Source: Mobula hypostoma
Taxonomy: Eukaryota
Assembly: GCF_963921235.1 (NCBI RefSeq)
Contig: NC_086097.1
Span: 19,470,001 to 19,534,000, forward strand
Length of the DNA stretch: 64,000 nucleotides
Direction of reading: 5' to 3'
Position 1 is the stretch's first letter, and the number at the start of each line of letters is the position of its first letter. A program made the position numbers and the translations under genes. Below are positions 12,589 through 26,109 of the stretch, in pieces. The notes beneath the pieces were generated by a model. It had not been told where the DNA came from, did no database searches, and saw only the letters and a list, made by a program, of their open reading frames with translations.

Positions 12589-14349
12589 TTCTTTGTGGGA
12601 GCTCTCTGTGTTTAAATAGCTGTCCTGGTTATCTATGTTACATTAGCGGCTGACATTCAAAGTGAAATATGGTGAGGCAGTTGTGATGGAGCTCACCTGT
12701 CTCTCTTCCCTCGTCTGCATTTCCCTCCAATGCTCCAGTTTCCTCCTACACCCCTGAAAGATTCCGTTTGATAAACTGGCTGAAATTATTGAAGCTATCC
12801 CTAATGTAGATGGAGAGTTGAGGAACATTTGAGTGAGAATACGTTACAGGAAAATAAAGACTGCTGGGATGGCCCCTCACTTCATCACCCCTACTGGGGC
12901 ATAGGCCACTGACAGCAGCTCGCTGGAGTCTCTGTCCTGGACCAGTCTTTCAAGCTGTCCCCAGGCGTGGCCCATCTTCTTGGTGCATCCTACCTCTCCC
13001 AGGGATGAGGTCTTTGGAGCTCCTGTTGGCGTTTCTGTTTCTGCAGCTCTTGTTTTTTCACTGGAGGTGCTTGCTAGACCCATGCCCAACACCCCTCCTC
13101 TCACAGCCAAGCCTGGGGTGGGTAAATTGGAATATTATTGCCGTCAGAGCCACAGTGAAAAGCTTTGTTTGTGTGCCATCCAGACAGATCGTTCCAAACA
13201 TTCATGAATACATTGAGTTGGTACAAAAGGAAAACAATCAGTGCCAAATATAGTGTTCCAGTTGTAGGCAACGCGCAGTGCAGATGAACAAGTAAGGCGC
13301 AAAAGCTATTTAGAAGGATCTCTCTGATCATAAGACATAGGAGAAGCACAAGGCCATTCACTCCATTGAGTCTGCTCTGCCATTCCATCATGGCTGATTT
13401 ATTATCCCGCTCAATGCCATTCTGCTGCCTTCTCCCCATAACCAGTGATGCCCTGACTAATAGCAATGTCCCAGCTGGGTAAGAGCCTTCCTCCTCTGTC
13501 ATAAGGAGACATGGCAGAGGTGTGAAATCCTTAACAGTTCAGATTCGAAATCATTAATGTAGCTGACCTGCTGAACCTTTCCTGCGTTTTCTGGTTAATC
13601 CTACATAGCTGGTGTTAAGACAGCAAGGGGTCATAAATCAGAATGGGCCAGGATCTAGGAGCCACAATCGCCGTGGGAACTGAAAGGGAGGCGATATTTA
13701 AAAAGAAAATGACAGAAAGGCAAGATGCCTTAGTCAGAGATATGTCAGCTCATCTGTAGATCTAGGAACCAACTCCATCTCCTGTCTCTTTGATATGAGA
13801 GCTCAGTGTGGTTAAAAGGTTTGTCATGAAATAGCCTTGAAAACGTTATACTGGATTCATTAACGCGAGCAGCATTGGTTTCCAAAAATTTATAAGCAGT
13901 GAGTTCAAAAGATAAGGCTCTGAAAGAGGGCAGTAGAATAGAGACCTATCAAAGTACTCATCTGCGTTGCCTGCGGAAACTGATCTGCTTACAGTGCATC
14001 AATCAGAACAAGTGAAGACTATTCATTATTAATGAGAGAGAGGGGAGACCGATTGAAGCTTCTCCAGCCTGCTCCACCTCCAATAGGGTGAATGGGCTTC
14101 CTCCCCACCTTGCACGCAGCAAAAACAACATGGAAAATCAAGATATCCACACCACTGACAAATGCGGTGTGTTATTCTGCTCATACTGTCGCAGTTTCTG
14201 CCCAATTCTCACCGCCCCCGTAGCTTTAATTACTTGGCTGCTTTCAGAAATGTGACCGAAGGAAGAGGGGGAGTTATTTATAATTAAATGAAGCAGAGTT
14301 GTACTTGGAGATACACGCTGCTTTCAGCAGCAAACCAGGTTTGCTGTGG

Positions 14350-14620
14350 GTGGCGTGGGAGCGTAGTGGTTAGCACAATGCTTTATAGCACTAGCTGTAA
14401 GACCAGGCTGGATTCCCACCACTGTCAGAAGTTGGTCCAATGTCCTCATGACCACTTAGCTTTCCTCTGGGTGCTCCAGTTTTCACCCTCATTCCGAAGA
14501 TGTACGGTTAAGATCAGTGAATTCTAACCATGCTATGTTGGTGCCGGAAGCATGTTTTTGACGTATGATGCATTTAATTGTATGTTTCAATGTACATTTG
14601 ACGAATAAAGCTAATCTTAT
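14350..14620 (+). mobile_element. tRNA-derived V-domain SINE
   Basis: A-box-like gtagtggttagc head; V-domain-like tttcctctgggtgctccagtttt..cattccgaagatgtacgg; AATAAA near the end. Confidence 0.7.
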
Positions 14621-15824
14621 CGGGTTAGAGGTCTCCCTCACAATGAATGGAAAACCACCATTCCCTCACTGGGATTTACATTAGTTAAGGATGAAACTGG
14701 GCTTTTTTTGTGCTGCTGTTACAATATGACAAAACTGACAAAATTAGAATTTATTATTTATAAAATCTTAAGAAACAGAAGTAAAGGAGGAAGTCAGACA
14801 TAACTGAGAGATTTTTGAGCATCAGCTCAGTGTGCGAATTTGTCCCAACTTGTTTCTAAGGTAGGTGCCGCATCACAGATGAATGTAAATGGCCACACAA
14901 ATCACAAATCCATAGAGCAGGGAAACAGGCCTTTCGGCCTATTCAGTCTGCACTGACCATCAAACACCAACACACAACAACCTCCAGTGTATCTTCCTCT
15001 GGTTCTCAGCAGTCCCACAAGATTCTACCACTCACCTACACACTAGGGAAAGCATAGTAAACCTTTATGGGAGCATGAGCCCAAATTGGCAATAACAAGA
15101 CCATGAGATATAACAGCAGAATTAGGCCATGTGGCCCATCTACTCTGCTCCATCACTTCCTCCTAATCTCTGTTCTAAATGGACAACCCTCTGCTCTGAG
15201 GCTGTGTCCTGTCAAAAAAATCTTTAATCTTCTGAAAAAAATACTTCACATGCCGTGGTAGTTATCATTGATTAATGAATTAGTAACAATAATTACAGTC
15301 ATTTTGTAAGGAAAAAGGATGGGTCCTGTTGCTTATTTATGAGTATTCAATGTTTTACTATTAATAAAAGTATAACACAGACAGATTATAATAAATGAAG
15401 CATTTTAGAAAACCTGTTCAAAAGTTATTAATATACTTACTATATATCTTCTGAAAAGACAATTGAAAAATAACATCATTTCCAAACAGTTTACTATTCA
15501 AATACTGATGTGTCTGCAAGGATTTCAAAATGTATTATCCAAATGTCACGTGTCCTTGGAACTGTCCAGCTGGTGCCAAGCCGGTACTAGATGTTTCAGA
15601 GCTCTAGGGTTCTAAAAATATCACTTGCTACTTCATTTGGAAGTAAAGATAATCATAATGTATCTTTTTACTATGGATGCTGTAGGATGACCATGTATGC
15701 TGCATGCCAACTAAACTTTTACACTCGCCATCTTGGACATGTGTGCCTTTGGTTCACCACCCTTGAGGTAGGAGCAATTTACAGTGGTCAATGAAGCCAC
15801 CCACCTACCTACCAGGAACAAAGA

Positions 15825-15945
15825 CAGAGCACCACACAGACACAGTGAAAATGTGCAAATTCCACACAGACAGACGTCAAGGTCAGGATTGAACCCAGAT
15901 TACTGGAGATGTGAGGTAGTATTTCCACCACTGCACCACCATGTC
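15825..15945 (-). mobile_element. tRNA-derived SINE head (HE1-like)
   Basis: Reverse complement ggtggtgcagtggtgg...ctgggttcaatcctgacc (A and B boxes), then tgtgtggaatttgcacattt. Confidence 0.6.
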
Positions 15946-16304
15946 GTCCAGACACCCAAAGTTGGGAAGAAATTCCTGGAATTCCCAGTGGATCCCCTGA
16001 GCTCCATCGTGTTATTACTTGGGGAGCTCACCGTGCACTTGATTTCTGACATTTCCCTGACTTGGTGGCAGCCATGTGTCTTCGGAAGTACCTCATGCAC
16101 TGGGGAGTGCTCTGGGGTAAACAGGAAAGGACGCCCTGTGCTAATCTCTTCTACTTCTCTGTCTCTAGCTGGCCAGCCGCAACCGGGGACAAACCATCAG
16201 AAATCGTACAATCAGTAACACCAGCAGAAACTCATCTCCAAAACCTTCAAAGAGTGCCCAGCTGCTCATGATCAGTTTCATTTGATGAGAAACCAACACA
16301 AGAA

Positions 16305-16876
16305 GTATTATGTCAGTGAGGCTAAATGCAGGTTGGAAGAGCAACACCTCATGTTCCATCTGAGTAGTCTCCAACCTAATGGCATGAACATCGGTTTCTC
16401 TAACCTCTGATAACCACTTCTCTCTGTTCCCCCCTACACACCATACAGACACACATGCTCTTATTGTCTTTTCCCATTCTGGTAGCCCTCTCACCCCTTA
16501 TCTTCTCCTCCCCCACCTTCATCGCCTGCTCACCCTTCCTCTGGCTCCCCATCTCCTTCCTTTCACTCCGCTGTCCACTTCTATCAGATTCCTCCTTCTT
16601 CAACCCTTTACCTCTTCCACCTATCACCTCCCAGTTCCTCACATCATTTGCCATCCCTCCCCCACACACCTACCTCCCCCTTCACCTGGTGTCACCTATC
16701 ACCTGTATTCCTCCTCCTCCCCCCAACTTCTGCCATTTCTTTTCCAGTCCTGATGAAGAGTCTCGGCCCAAGACATCAACAGTATATTCCCCTCCATAAA
16801 TGCTGCCTGACCTACTGAGGAACTCAATAGGAAGAGCAGCATCGGTTGGAGTAACGGATTTGTCGATGTTTCAGGT
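16305..16876 (+). mobile_element. Penelope-like element 3' end: GIY-YIG C-terminus, UTR, degenerate hammerhead (16745-16782), short inverted stub
   Basis: EAKCRLEEQHLMFHLSSLQPNGMNIGFSNL* resembles the Penelope-like ORF terminus; followed by cagtcctgatgaagagtctcggccc. Confidence 0.85.
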
Positions 16877-16999
16877 GCTTGACTTCCTCATTGGCAACGC
16901 AGACCAATAATAACACCTCCTCCTCATTTACAATCAAAGCAGGCATGCCTCAAGGAGACGTACTTGGCCCACTGCTTTTGACTGCGTGGCTTATGGTGG

Positions 17000-17440
17000 T
17001 GGTTGTCAATCGAGTCCTGTGTGAGAGAGTTTCTAAAGTGGAAAAGCCACTAGACTGGGGCAGTTCCAGTCTCTTGACCTCAGAAATCCGGGTCCAGTGG
17101 TCCAAACAAGCATCGCAAACCGGGGTCCTCCTAGCAGTGGATGACCACGTCATCTTCTGTGCCTTGTCATGCCCTCGCCACAGAGCTTTGTAGTTCTGCC
17201 TTCCTGGCCGTTGGTCCTCACTGTAGATCTCATCCTTCCAGTCCTTCACACGCTCGGACAGGCGTGTCCCTCTCTCACTGGCGTGTGAGCGGTGTACAAG
17301 GGGGTGGCCGCAAAATACAAACAGCTACTCGGAGCCACAGCTGAGAGCTGAGTGTCCACTGGGGACAAAAGGTGAGTGAGCTGCCCTGGAACGGACATAA
17401 CATGCCCCTTCAGCAGAGGTGCTGCCCCTCCCTGGGCACC
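17000..17440 (-). mobile_element. Non-coding interspersed repeat, probably RTE 5' UTR-derived (second copy at 51530-51990)
   Basis: Both copies share cagttcca.tctc.tgacctcagaa, cttctgtgccttgtcatgc, tagatctcatcc and agctact.ggagccaca. Confidence 0.6.
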
Positions 17441-17442
17441 TC

Positions 17443-18140
17443 ATTAGATTAGATTAGATTAGATTCAACTCTATTGTCATTGTGCCGAGCACAGATACAA
17501 AGCCAATGAAATGCATTTAGCACCTGACCAGAAATGCAAAGGATAGTGTTATTTACAAAATAACTGCGAATAAAAAGTAAGTGCTACAGCACACTAATAT
17601 AAAAGTACTGAGACAGTACAATACGGATGCAATACTGCTTAGCGCTGTGATATGAGGTTCAGCAGTGTCACAGCCTCAGGGAAGAAGCTCTTCCTGTGCC
17701 TGCTAGTGTGGGAGCGGAGGCTCCTGTAGTGCCTACCGGATGGGAGGACAGTAAAAAGTCCATGGTTAGGGTGAGATGCATCCTTGATAATGCTTTTCAC
17801 CCTGCCCAGGCAGCGTTTATGGTAGATACTCTCAATGGTGGGCAATTGGGTGCCGATAATCCGCTGGGCAGTTTTCACCACACGCTGGAGTGCTTTGCGG
17901 TCTGATACGGGACAATTGCCATACCACACTGAGATGCAGTTGGTGAGTACGCTCTCAATGGTACAGCGGTAAAAGTCCGTCAGTATCCTGGGACAGAGGT
18001 GAGCTTTCTTCAAGCTCCGCAGGAAATAAAGGCGCTGTTATGCCTTTTTGATCAGGATGAAGGAGTTCAGGGACCAGATGAGATCCTCGGAAATGTGGAC
18101 ACCAAGGAATTTGAAGCTTGATACACGCTCCACCACAGTT
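17443..18140 (-). mobile_element. Rex1/L2-like LINE 3' fragment (young) with (TCTAA)n tail
   Basis: ORF 17639-18013 FYRCTIESVLTNCISVWYG..IIKDASHPNHGLFTVLPSGRHYRSL; (ttaga)n at 17443-17466. Confidence 0.9.
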
Positions 18141-18144
18141 CCTA

Positions 18145-18790
18145 CACCCCTGTGTGGTTAGTCATAGCTTAAACGCCATCTATAAATTCACTGATGCCGC
18201 CATTGTTGACAGAATTTCAGATGCCAGTGAGGAGGTGTAAAGAAGTGAGATGGATCAGCTGGTTGGAAGTGCCACAGCCACAACTTTGCACTCAACATCA
18301 GCAAGCCCAGGGGATTGATTGTGGACTTCAGGAAAAGGGAGTCGGGAGAACATACAATAGTCCTCATTCTCAGTGGAAAGGGTGAGCAGCTTCAACGTCT
18401 CAGAGGATCTGTCCTGGGACATAGTGATGCAATTACAAAGAAGGCATCCCAGTGAGTATACTTCATTAGGAGCTTGAGGTTACCAGGCTCTCTAGCAAAT
18501 TGCTACAGATGTCCGGGAGCGAGCATTATGATGGGCTGTATCACAGCCTGGAATGGAGGCTCCAATGCACTGGATCACAAGTCAGCTCTATCACGGGCAA
18601 AACCCTCCCCACCTTTGAGGACATCCTCAAAACGTAGTGCCTCAAAAGGCAATATCCGTTGTTAAAGACCCTCTTTACCCAGGCCATGACCTCCTTGCAT
18701 TACCATCATCAGGAAGGAGGGGCAGGAATCTGAAGACTCACACTCAATGATTCAGAACCAGCTTCTTCCCCTCCACCATCGGACTTCTGC
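18145..18790 (+). mobile_element. Decayed Rex1/L2-like LINE fragment
   Basis: tataaattcactgatgcc (decayed YKFADD), gattgtggacttcagg (IVDFR), GCITAW. Confidence 0.7.
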
Positions 18791-18859
18791 TTTGTCACAG
18801 TCATACAAAAGTACAGCTCTGAATCTGTCCATCTAGTCTATCTGTCCAACTGTCCAACT

Positions 18860-20460
18860 AGCATATTGATATTAGGGGAGAGGAGGTGTTGGAGTTGTTA
18901 AAATACATTAGGATGGATAAGTCCCCGGGGCCTGATGGAATATTCCTCAGGCTGCTCCATGAGGCGAGTGAAGAGATTGCTGAACCTCTGGTTAAGATCT
19001 TTATGTCCTTCTTGTCCACGGGAATGGTACCGGAGGATTGGAGGGAGGCGAATGTTGTCCCCTTGTTCAAAAAAGGTAGTAGGGATAGTCCGGGTAATTA
19101 TAGACCAGTGAGCCTTACGTCTGTGGTGGGAAAGCTGTTGGAACAGATTCTTAGAGATAGGATCTATGGGCATTTAGAGAATCATGGTCTGATCAGGGAC
19201 AGTCAGCATGGCTTTGTGAAGGGCAGATCGTGTCTAACAAGCCTGATAGAGTTCTTTGAGGAGGTGACCAGGCATATAGATGAGGGTAGTGCAGTGGATG
19301 TGATCTACATGGATTTTAGTAAGGCATTTGACAAGGTTCCACACGGTGGGCTTACTCAGAAAGTCAGAATCCACCTGTCCAGGGAAGTTTGGCCAGGTGG
19401 ATGCAGAAATGGCTTGACTGCAGAAAGCAGAGGCTCATGGTGGAGGGAGTACATTCAGATTGGAGGGTTGTGACTAGTGGTGTCCCACAAGGATCTGTTC
19501 TGGGACCTCTACTTTTCGTGATTTTTATTAACGACCTGGATGTGGGGGTAGAAGGATGGGTTGGCAAGTTTGCAGATGACACAATGGTTGGTGGTGTTGT
19601 AGATAGTGTAGAGGATTGTCAAAGTTTGCAGAGAGACATTGATAGGATGCAGAAGTGGGCTGAGAAGTGGCAGATGGAGTTCAACCCGGAGAAGTGTGAG
19701 GTGGTACACTTTGGAAGGACAAACTCCAAGGTAGAGTACAAAGAAAATGGCAGGATACTTGGAAGTGTAGAGGAGCAGAGGGATCTGGGGGTACATGTCC
19801 ATAGATCCCTGAAAGTTGCCTCACAGGTAGATAGGGTAGTTAAGAAAGCTTATGGGGTGTTAGTTTTCATAAGTCAAGGGATAGAGTTTAAGAGCCGCGG
19901 AGTAATGGTGCAGCTTATAAAACTCTGGTTAGGCCACACTTGGAGCATTGTGTCCAGTTCTGGTCGCCTCACTATAGGAAGGATGTGGAAGCATTGGAAA
20001 GGGTACAGAGGAGATTTACCAGGATGCTGCCTGGTTTGGAGAGTATGCATTACGATCAGAGATTAAGGGAGCTAGGGCTTTACTCTTTGGAGAGAAGGAG
20101 GATGAGAGGAGACATGATAGAGGTGTACAAGATAATAAGAGGAATAGATAGAGTGGATAGCCAGCGCCTCTTCCCCAGGGCACCATTGCTCAATACAAGA
20201 GGACGTGGCTTTAAGGTAAAGTGTGGGAAGTTCAAGGGGGATATTAGAGGAAGGTTTTTTAATCAGAGAGTGGTTGGTGCGTGGAATGCACTGCCTGAGT
20301 CAGTGGTGGAGGCAGATACAATAGTGAAATTTAAGAGACTACTAGACAGGTATCTGGAGGAATTTAAGGTGGGGGGTTATATGGGAGGCAGGGTCTAAGA
20401 GTCGGCACAATTTTGTGGGCCGAAGGGCCTGTACTGTGCTGTACTGTTCTATGTTCTATA
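18860..20460 (+). mobile_element. CR1 LINE, 5'-truncated, near-complete RT with two frameshifts
   Basis: [72 protein letters not shown]1 3' end gggccgaagggcctgtactgtgctgtactgttctatgttcta. Confidence 0.95.
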
Positions 20461-20834
20461 GTCCATGCCAGGCCACTTAAGCTGCCTGCTCCCATCAACA
20501 GGGTGGGGTCCACAAACTCATGAACTCCACCTCGTTATATATCTTTTGCACTATTGATATAATTTTGTAACTTATAGTAATTGTTACGCCTTCCAATGTA
20601 CTGCTGCCCACAAAGCAAAAAAATTCATGGCAAATGTCAGTGATAATCACCTGGTTCTGATTCTGACATGCATCCTGGGTTCCTGAGCAGCAATTTGTGT
20701 CCCTCCTGACAGGCTAAGTGCTCCTGACTTGTAATGAATCCATGTGTCACTATATTCCTCCTGCCTCATCAATTGGATGCTTAGCCCTGTGCTATCACAG
20801 ACAGCTACCATCTACTATTGTCTAAACTAAGAGC

Positions 20835-21920
20835 AAATTCAGAAAACCGAGGTGCAAAAAGACTTGGGAGTGCTTGTGCGGAATTCACCAGTGGTTAACT
20901 TGTAGGCTGAATCAGTAGGAGGGAAAACAAATGCAATTTTAGTATTCATTTCAAGAGGGCTAGAATATAAAAGCTGAGACCTAATAACACAGAATATACA
21001 ACAAAACAGCACAGTCCACGCCTTCAGCCCATAATGTTATGCCAGACTTTGAACCTATTCCAAGATCATTCCAGAACACCTCTTCCACATAGACCTCCAT
21101 TTTTCCTTCATCCATATGCCTATCTAAGAGCTTCTTAAACGTCCGTAACGTATCTGCCTCTACCACCATCCCTGGCAATGTGTTCCATGCAGCCACCACT
21201 CTGTGTTAAAAGAAAACCTATATTTCCCTCCAAAACTTTAAAACCTGCCCTCTTTATTCGCCATTTCAGTCTTCCCCTGCCCCGCCACCATGGGAAAAAG
21301 GTGCAGGATGTCCACTCTATACCTCTCATCATCTTATGCATCCTCTATAAGACATCGCTCAGTCCACAGCTGAAGAACTGTGTTTCAGTTTTGGGTCCCA
21401 TATCTAACGAAGGACATCCTGGCATAGGAGAGAATCCAGAGGAGATTCACGAGACTGATCCTAAGAATGAAAAGGTTAACACAGAGGAGTGTTTGATGAT
21501 TTTGGGTCTGTACTCATCAGAGTTTGGAAGAATGAGGGGGGATGTCATTGAATATTGAAAAGCCTAGACAGAGTGGACATGGGGGGGGGGGGGGATGTTT
21601 CCAATAGTGGGACAGTCCAGAACCAGAGGGCACAGCCTCAGAATACAAGGATGTCTCTTTAAAAAAGAGATGATGATGAGTTTTTTTAGCCAGAGAAGAG
21701 CAAATCTGTGGAATTCATTGCCACAGACAGCTGAGGAAGCCAGGTCATTGGGTATATTTAAAGAGGAGGCTGATAGGTTCTTGATTAGTAAGGGTATAAA
21801 TGGTTAGGGGGAAAAGGCAGGAGAATGGGGTTGAATGGCAAAGTAAATTGCTGTGATTAACTGGCAGAGCAGACTCAATAGACTGAATGACCTGGTTCTA
21901 CTCTGACATCTTATGGTCAT
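20835..21920 (+). mobile_element. Decayed CR1 3' fragment interrupted by an opposite-strand CR1 3' fragment (about 20985-21350)
   Basis: Plus strand: gacttgggagtgcttgtgc..., SRTRGHSLRI..NLWNSLPQ. Minus strand: VAAWNTLPGMVVEADTLRTFKKLLDRHMD. Confidence 0.75.
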
Positions 21921-22754
21921 CAAACCTCTCGGCCTTTGTCTCACTGTCAGAATACTTCAAACCAAACTGCATTAAACGGTTCTTTGACTATCATCGAATC
22001 CAATTCAAAGCATCACTGATTCCACAAGGGTCCTGTGAGGCAATTTTGATTACACGTCATATATTTTTCACCCAGTGTCGCTTGTAATCAAATTCGCCGT
22101 GAATTGCTCAGGGACGGTAATGGATTAGATCTGTCACAGTGAAGTGCATCAGCCCCTCTCTCCGCACTGCGAGCATCAGCTAAGAAATTATGCTGCACGT
22201 TAGCACATACAAGGCACTAACTGCAATCTCAGCTGCTCAGCAGATACATTGATTAATCATTCATTTTAAATACAGCAAACGTAATATATGAACAAAAAGA
22301 AAGTCAATAAAGATAGACACTCAAATACACATTGAGAAGTGACAGTCCCAATACAAGAGATGTAGACTTGTAAAGAGTACAATAAAAAATAATGTATGCC
22401 ATAAAGAGGCTATCCCAGTAAAATGGTGCATTATAATTGGAACAGGAAAATGTCCCAGTAAAACAGGGCAGGCTTTACACTATACATAGAAGATGAATCA
22501 TCCGAGTAACACAATAAATATTCTAATTGGCACAGGAGGGAGACTGTCCCTGTAAAACAAGGCATATTACAATGAAGAGACAGCAAAGGATGCCTCAGTA
22601 AGCCAGGATGTTTTAAAAAAATATATATATACAGAAGAGAGGGTTACCTGTGAAAAGGGCATTTTGAAATGCAGAGAGAAGGAGAATTTCTTGAAACATA
22701 CCCTCTTGAATTGAGGTGTTGAAGAAGATACTGAGAGTCACCATTTTTTTCCCT

Positions 22755-22960
22755 CCAAGAGGACCACAGGCTTGTGGTAGGGTTTGGGAGCATGCAGAGA
22801 GCTACGTTGGCTAGAGCTGGGCCTTGTGCTTTGACTCTTAGTGAAGTCACCCATGACGAACAGGTCAAAGGGTAGATGCCAGACTTAGAGTTGTCCACCT
22901 GTCTTCCACTCAGGTAAAAACCCTGACTGGTCAAAAGAACTGTTATGGAAACAGCAAAAT
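22755..22960 (+). mobile_element. RTE-like 5' UTR fragment
   Basis: agagctacgttggct...gtcacccatgacgaacaggtcaaagggtag.gccagac resembles RTE 5' leaders. Confidence 0.45.
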
Positions 22961-23179
22961 AAAATTGCTGCCCTAAACACCAGTGGTGTAACTACTACGA
23001 TTTTTTCCACCAGGAGTTTGGAACTAACTGACTGATGGAGGTAGAAACCCTCACCATAGTTAACATCTTACATGCAGAAACCCACAAGGACATGGACTAA
23101 CATGATGGATGGGCTGAATGGTCTCCTGTGCCACAATGTCTACGATTAGTACTCTCAACGTGTCCAACTGGAGCACAGG

Positions 23180-23557
23180 AGAACAAGGGGAGATTGGATA
23201 GAGGTATCCAAATTTTGAGGGGTATGGTTAGGGTAAGCATACTTTCTCCACCGAGGCTGAGTGAAACTGGAACTAGGGGTCATGGGTTAAAGGTGAAAGG
23301 TGAAATGTTTAACAGAAACCAGAGGGGGAACTTCTTCACTCAGAGTGTGGTGAGAATGTGGAACAAGATGCCAGTGGAAGTGATGGATGCAGATTTGATT
23401 TCATCATTTAAAAGAGTTTGGATAATAACTTGGATGGGAGGAGAAAGGAGGGAGGGGCTATTGGCCAAATAAGGCTCTATGCAAAATAACACTTCAGCGT
23501 AGACTAGATGGGCCAAAAGGTCCGTTTCTGTACTGTAGTACTCTGTGACTATGACTA
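23180..23557 (+). mobile_element. CR1 3' fragment
   Basis: TRGHGLKVKG..RGNFFTQSVVRMWNKMP; tail ctgtgactatgact. Confidence 0.8.
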
Positions 23558-24304
23558 AATCAAATCAAAATGAATTGGGCTCTTATCTCATTGCTTCCTT
23601 TCTATTTAATTGACTGTTGTACTTTTTTACAGTACTGTTAACAACAGTGAGAGTTTACTTTGTTTTTACCTCTGGAAATCCTTGGAGAGATTTCTCTGTC
23701 TCCCCTTCACAATCCACAATCACACTTGGACTTTTCCTGCCGCCTCACCCCCCACCCCCAGGCAGTGAGATTAGCTGCTTCAAAGTGAGATGGAAAGTAA
23801 TAGTGGGAATATCACAAAGAGAAAGATGAAAGAAAAAGTAATCAAGAGAGTTGGAAATTTTATCTTTGTAACATTTTTTAAAATTCTCTTAAATTTGCAA
23901 TTCTAAAAATATTTTAGCAAATGCCTTCTGGACATTCGAGCATTGATAGAGGTTCCTCCTCATTTTCAAGTTTAATGAAAAAAATATTACAGAGCAGTAG
24001 AAACCCATCTGATAGTTTACATCGTTACTAAGGGAAATTTTGTGACCAAGTCCCACACCAACGATTAATAGTAAAAATACAAGCCACTTTAGAGTCCTGG
24101 GTTCTGGGGAATGCTTCTTAACTGAAGGGACCTTGAGAAGGAACCTTGCCCAATCTCAGAAGGATTTGCAAAGTTGTAACATGGGAAACCCAGTGTCACA
24201 GAGTGAGACTCCACTATTTGTAATGAGATAATTGTTGTTCATGTTCACACAAACCAGTCTCCCTTCCATTGACTCTCTCTGCACCTCACACTGCCTCGAT
24301 AGAA

Positions 24305-24862
24305 CAGCCCATTCCCATTCCAACATGTTGGTCCACAGCTTCCTCTACTGCCATGATGAGGCCACCCCCAGGCTGGAGGAACAACACCTCATATTCGTCT
24401 GGGTAACCTCCCGCCTGGTAGCATTAACCTCAATGCCTCTAATTTCCAGTAATTTCTCCCACTGACCCTTCTCTCTGTTTCTATTCCTTACTCCAGCTTC
24501 ATTCTTATCCCTTCTCTTCTACACACCTGCCTATCACCTCCCTCTGGTGCCCCTCTTCCTTCCCTTTCTTCCATGGTCCACTCTCCTCTCCTTCCAGTTC
24601 TTCTTCTTCAGCCCTTTGCCTTTTCCACCTATCACCTCCCAGCATCTTACTTCATCCCCCTTCACCCGCTTACCCACCGTCATCTCACTTATCACTTGTC
24701 AGCATACAGTACTTCTCCTCCACCAGCTTCATATGCTGGCTTCTGCTCCCTTTCTTTTTAGTCCTGATGAAGGGTCTTGGCCCAAAGGGTCAACTGTTTA
24801 TTCCTCTCCATGGATGCTGCCCGGCCAGCTGAGTTCCTTCAGCTTGGTGTGTGTGTTGCTTT
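24305..24862 (+). mobile_element. Penelope-like element 3' end (GIY-YIG C-terminus, UTR, degenerate hammerhead 24760-24796)
   Basis: HSHSNMLVHSFLYCHDEATPRLEEQHLIF; agtcctgatgaagggtcttggcccaaagggtcaactg. Confidence 0.85.
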
Positions 24863-25582
24863 TCACTGTATCTCAGTACATGTGACAATAGTACAATCAA
24901 TTACCAGAAACAACTAATTGTAAATTGAATTAGAGCAGTGCTAAACATGGAGACAAATCAAGCCCTTTGTCTGTCAACCACCCATTCTCACCAATCCTAC
25001 ATGAGCCCAGCTTCTTTTAATTTCCCCACATCTCCTTCAACTCCCCCAGGTTCCACTACTCACTAACACAGCCTTAGGGTAATTTACAGCCAGGGGGTGG
25101 TGAATCTTTGGAATTTGTCCCCTCAGAGAGCTAAGGAGACCAGTAATTGGATGTATTTAGGCAGAGATTGATAAGTTCTTGATTGGAAGGCAGGTGAAAT
25201 ATCCTCGAGGATTGAATGGTGGGACAGATTCAATGGGCCAACTGGCCTAATTCTTCTCCTATATATTATGATCTGTGGTACTCAACTCCCTCCATACAAC
25301 AATATCTCTCACCTCTTACTCTATAAATAATAGTCGTCTGGCTTTGCTTACCAGTGAGGATAACTTCACTTTTATCCACATTATGCTGCATCTGTTGCTA
25401 ATTTGTCCACTCGCTCAATTTGTTGCTAATTGGTTTATTATTGTCACATGCAGTGCAAAGATTTTGCTCGCATGCCATCATTTCATACAAAGTAGTACAA
25501 TCAAAAACAAATATTGAATGCAGAATATAGTGTTAGAGTTATAGAGAAAGGGCAGGCAGGCAGACAGGCTGCAAAGGCCATG

Positions 25583-26051
25583 TGTCAGTACCTCCAGTTG
25601 AACTCTGTCTTCTTGTATGTTTCCCATTGCCATGTGCTCTTGTCCCCACTCCTGCTCTACTCCGGCCCCTGTATTACTGAGTACTCCGTCTCTCACCTGT
25701 TTCTCATTATTACCTGTGTTGCTGCCACCTGTGTCATATTGTGCTCCACCTATCATCTGCCTCTCTGTTTATTGCTCAGTGTATTTCAGTCCTGTGTTTT
25801 CAGCCATTTGTTGCTAGGTTGTGCAGTGAATTTTCCTAAACCTTTCCAGCATTTGTATCTGTATGCTGGCTGTCTAAATATTGACTCTGCTGGTTTCCCA
25901 ATTCTGGTTTTTTGAATTTCTCTGGCTGTTTTGATCTTTGCCTGAACTTTCATGCTGACTTTGTTCACACCTTGGGATTTGTTACTCAATTAATATTACT
26001 GTGTGCACAGTACTGGGTCTGTGATTGGATCCCTGCTCCAGTGTCCTGACT
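25583..26051 (+). mobile_element. Solo LTR (469 bp) with 5-bp TSD CCATG
   Basis: Termini TGTCAG...CTGACT (inverted; last base mutated from A). CCATG at 25578-25582 and 26052-26056. Confidence 0.8.
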
Positions 26052-26109
26052 CCATGGCAAGGTAGACTGGGAGACTAAGAGTTCATCTTTATCATATCAG
26101 AGTTCTACT

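Noticed and set aside
15441..15611. 171-nt AG..GT-bounded candidate exon
   Set aside because: Stop codons in all three frames.
18886..20398. Overlapping long ORFs as a functional RT gene
   Set aside because: 5'-truncated CR1 with two frameshifts and a standard CR1 tail.
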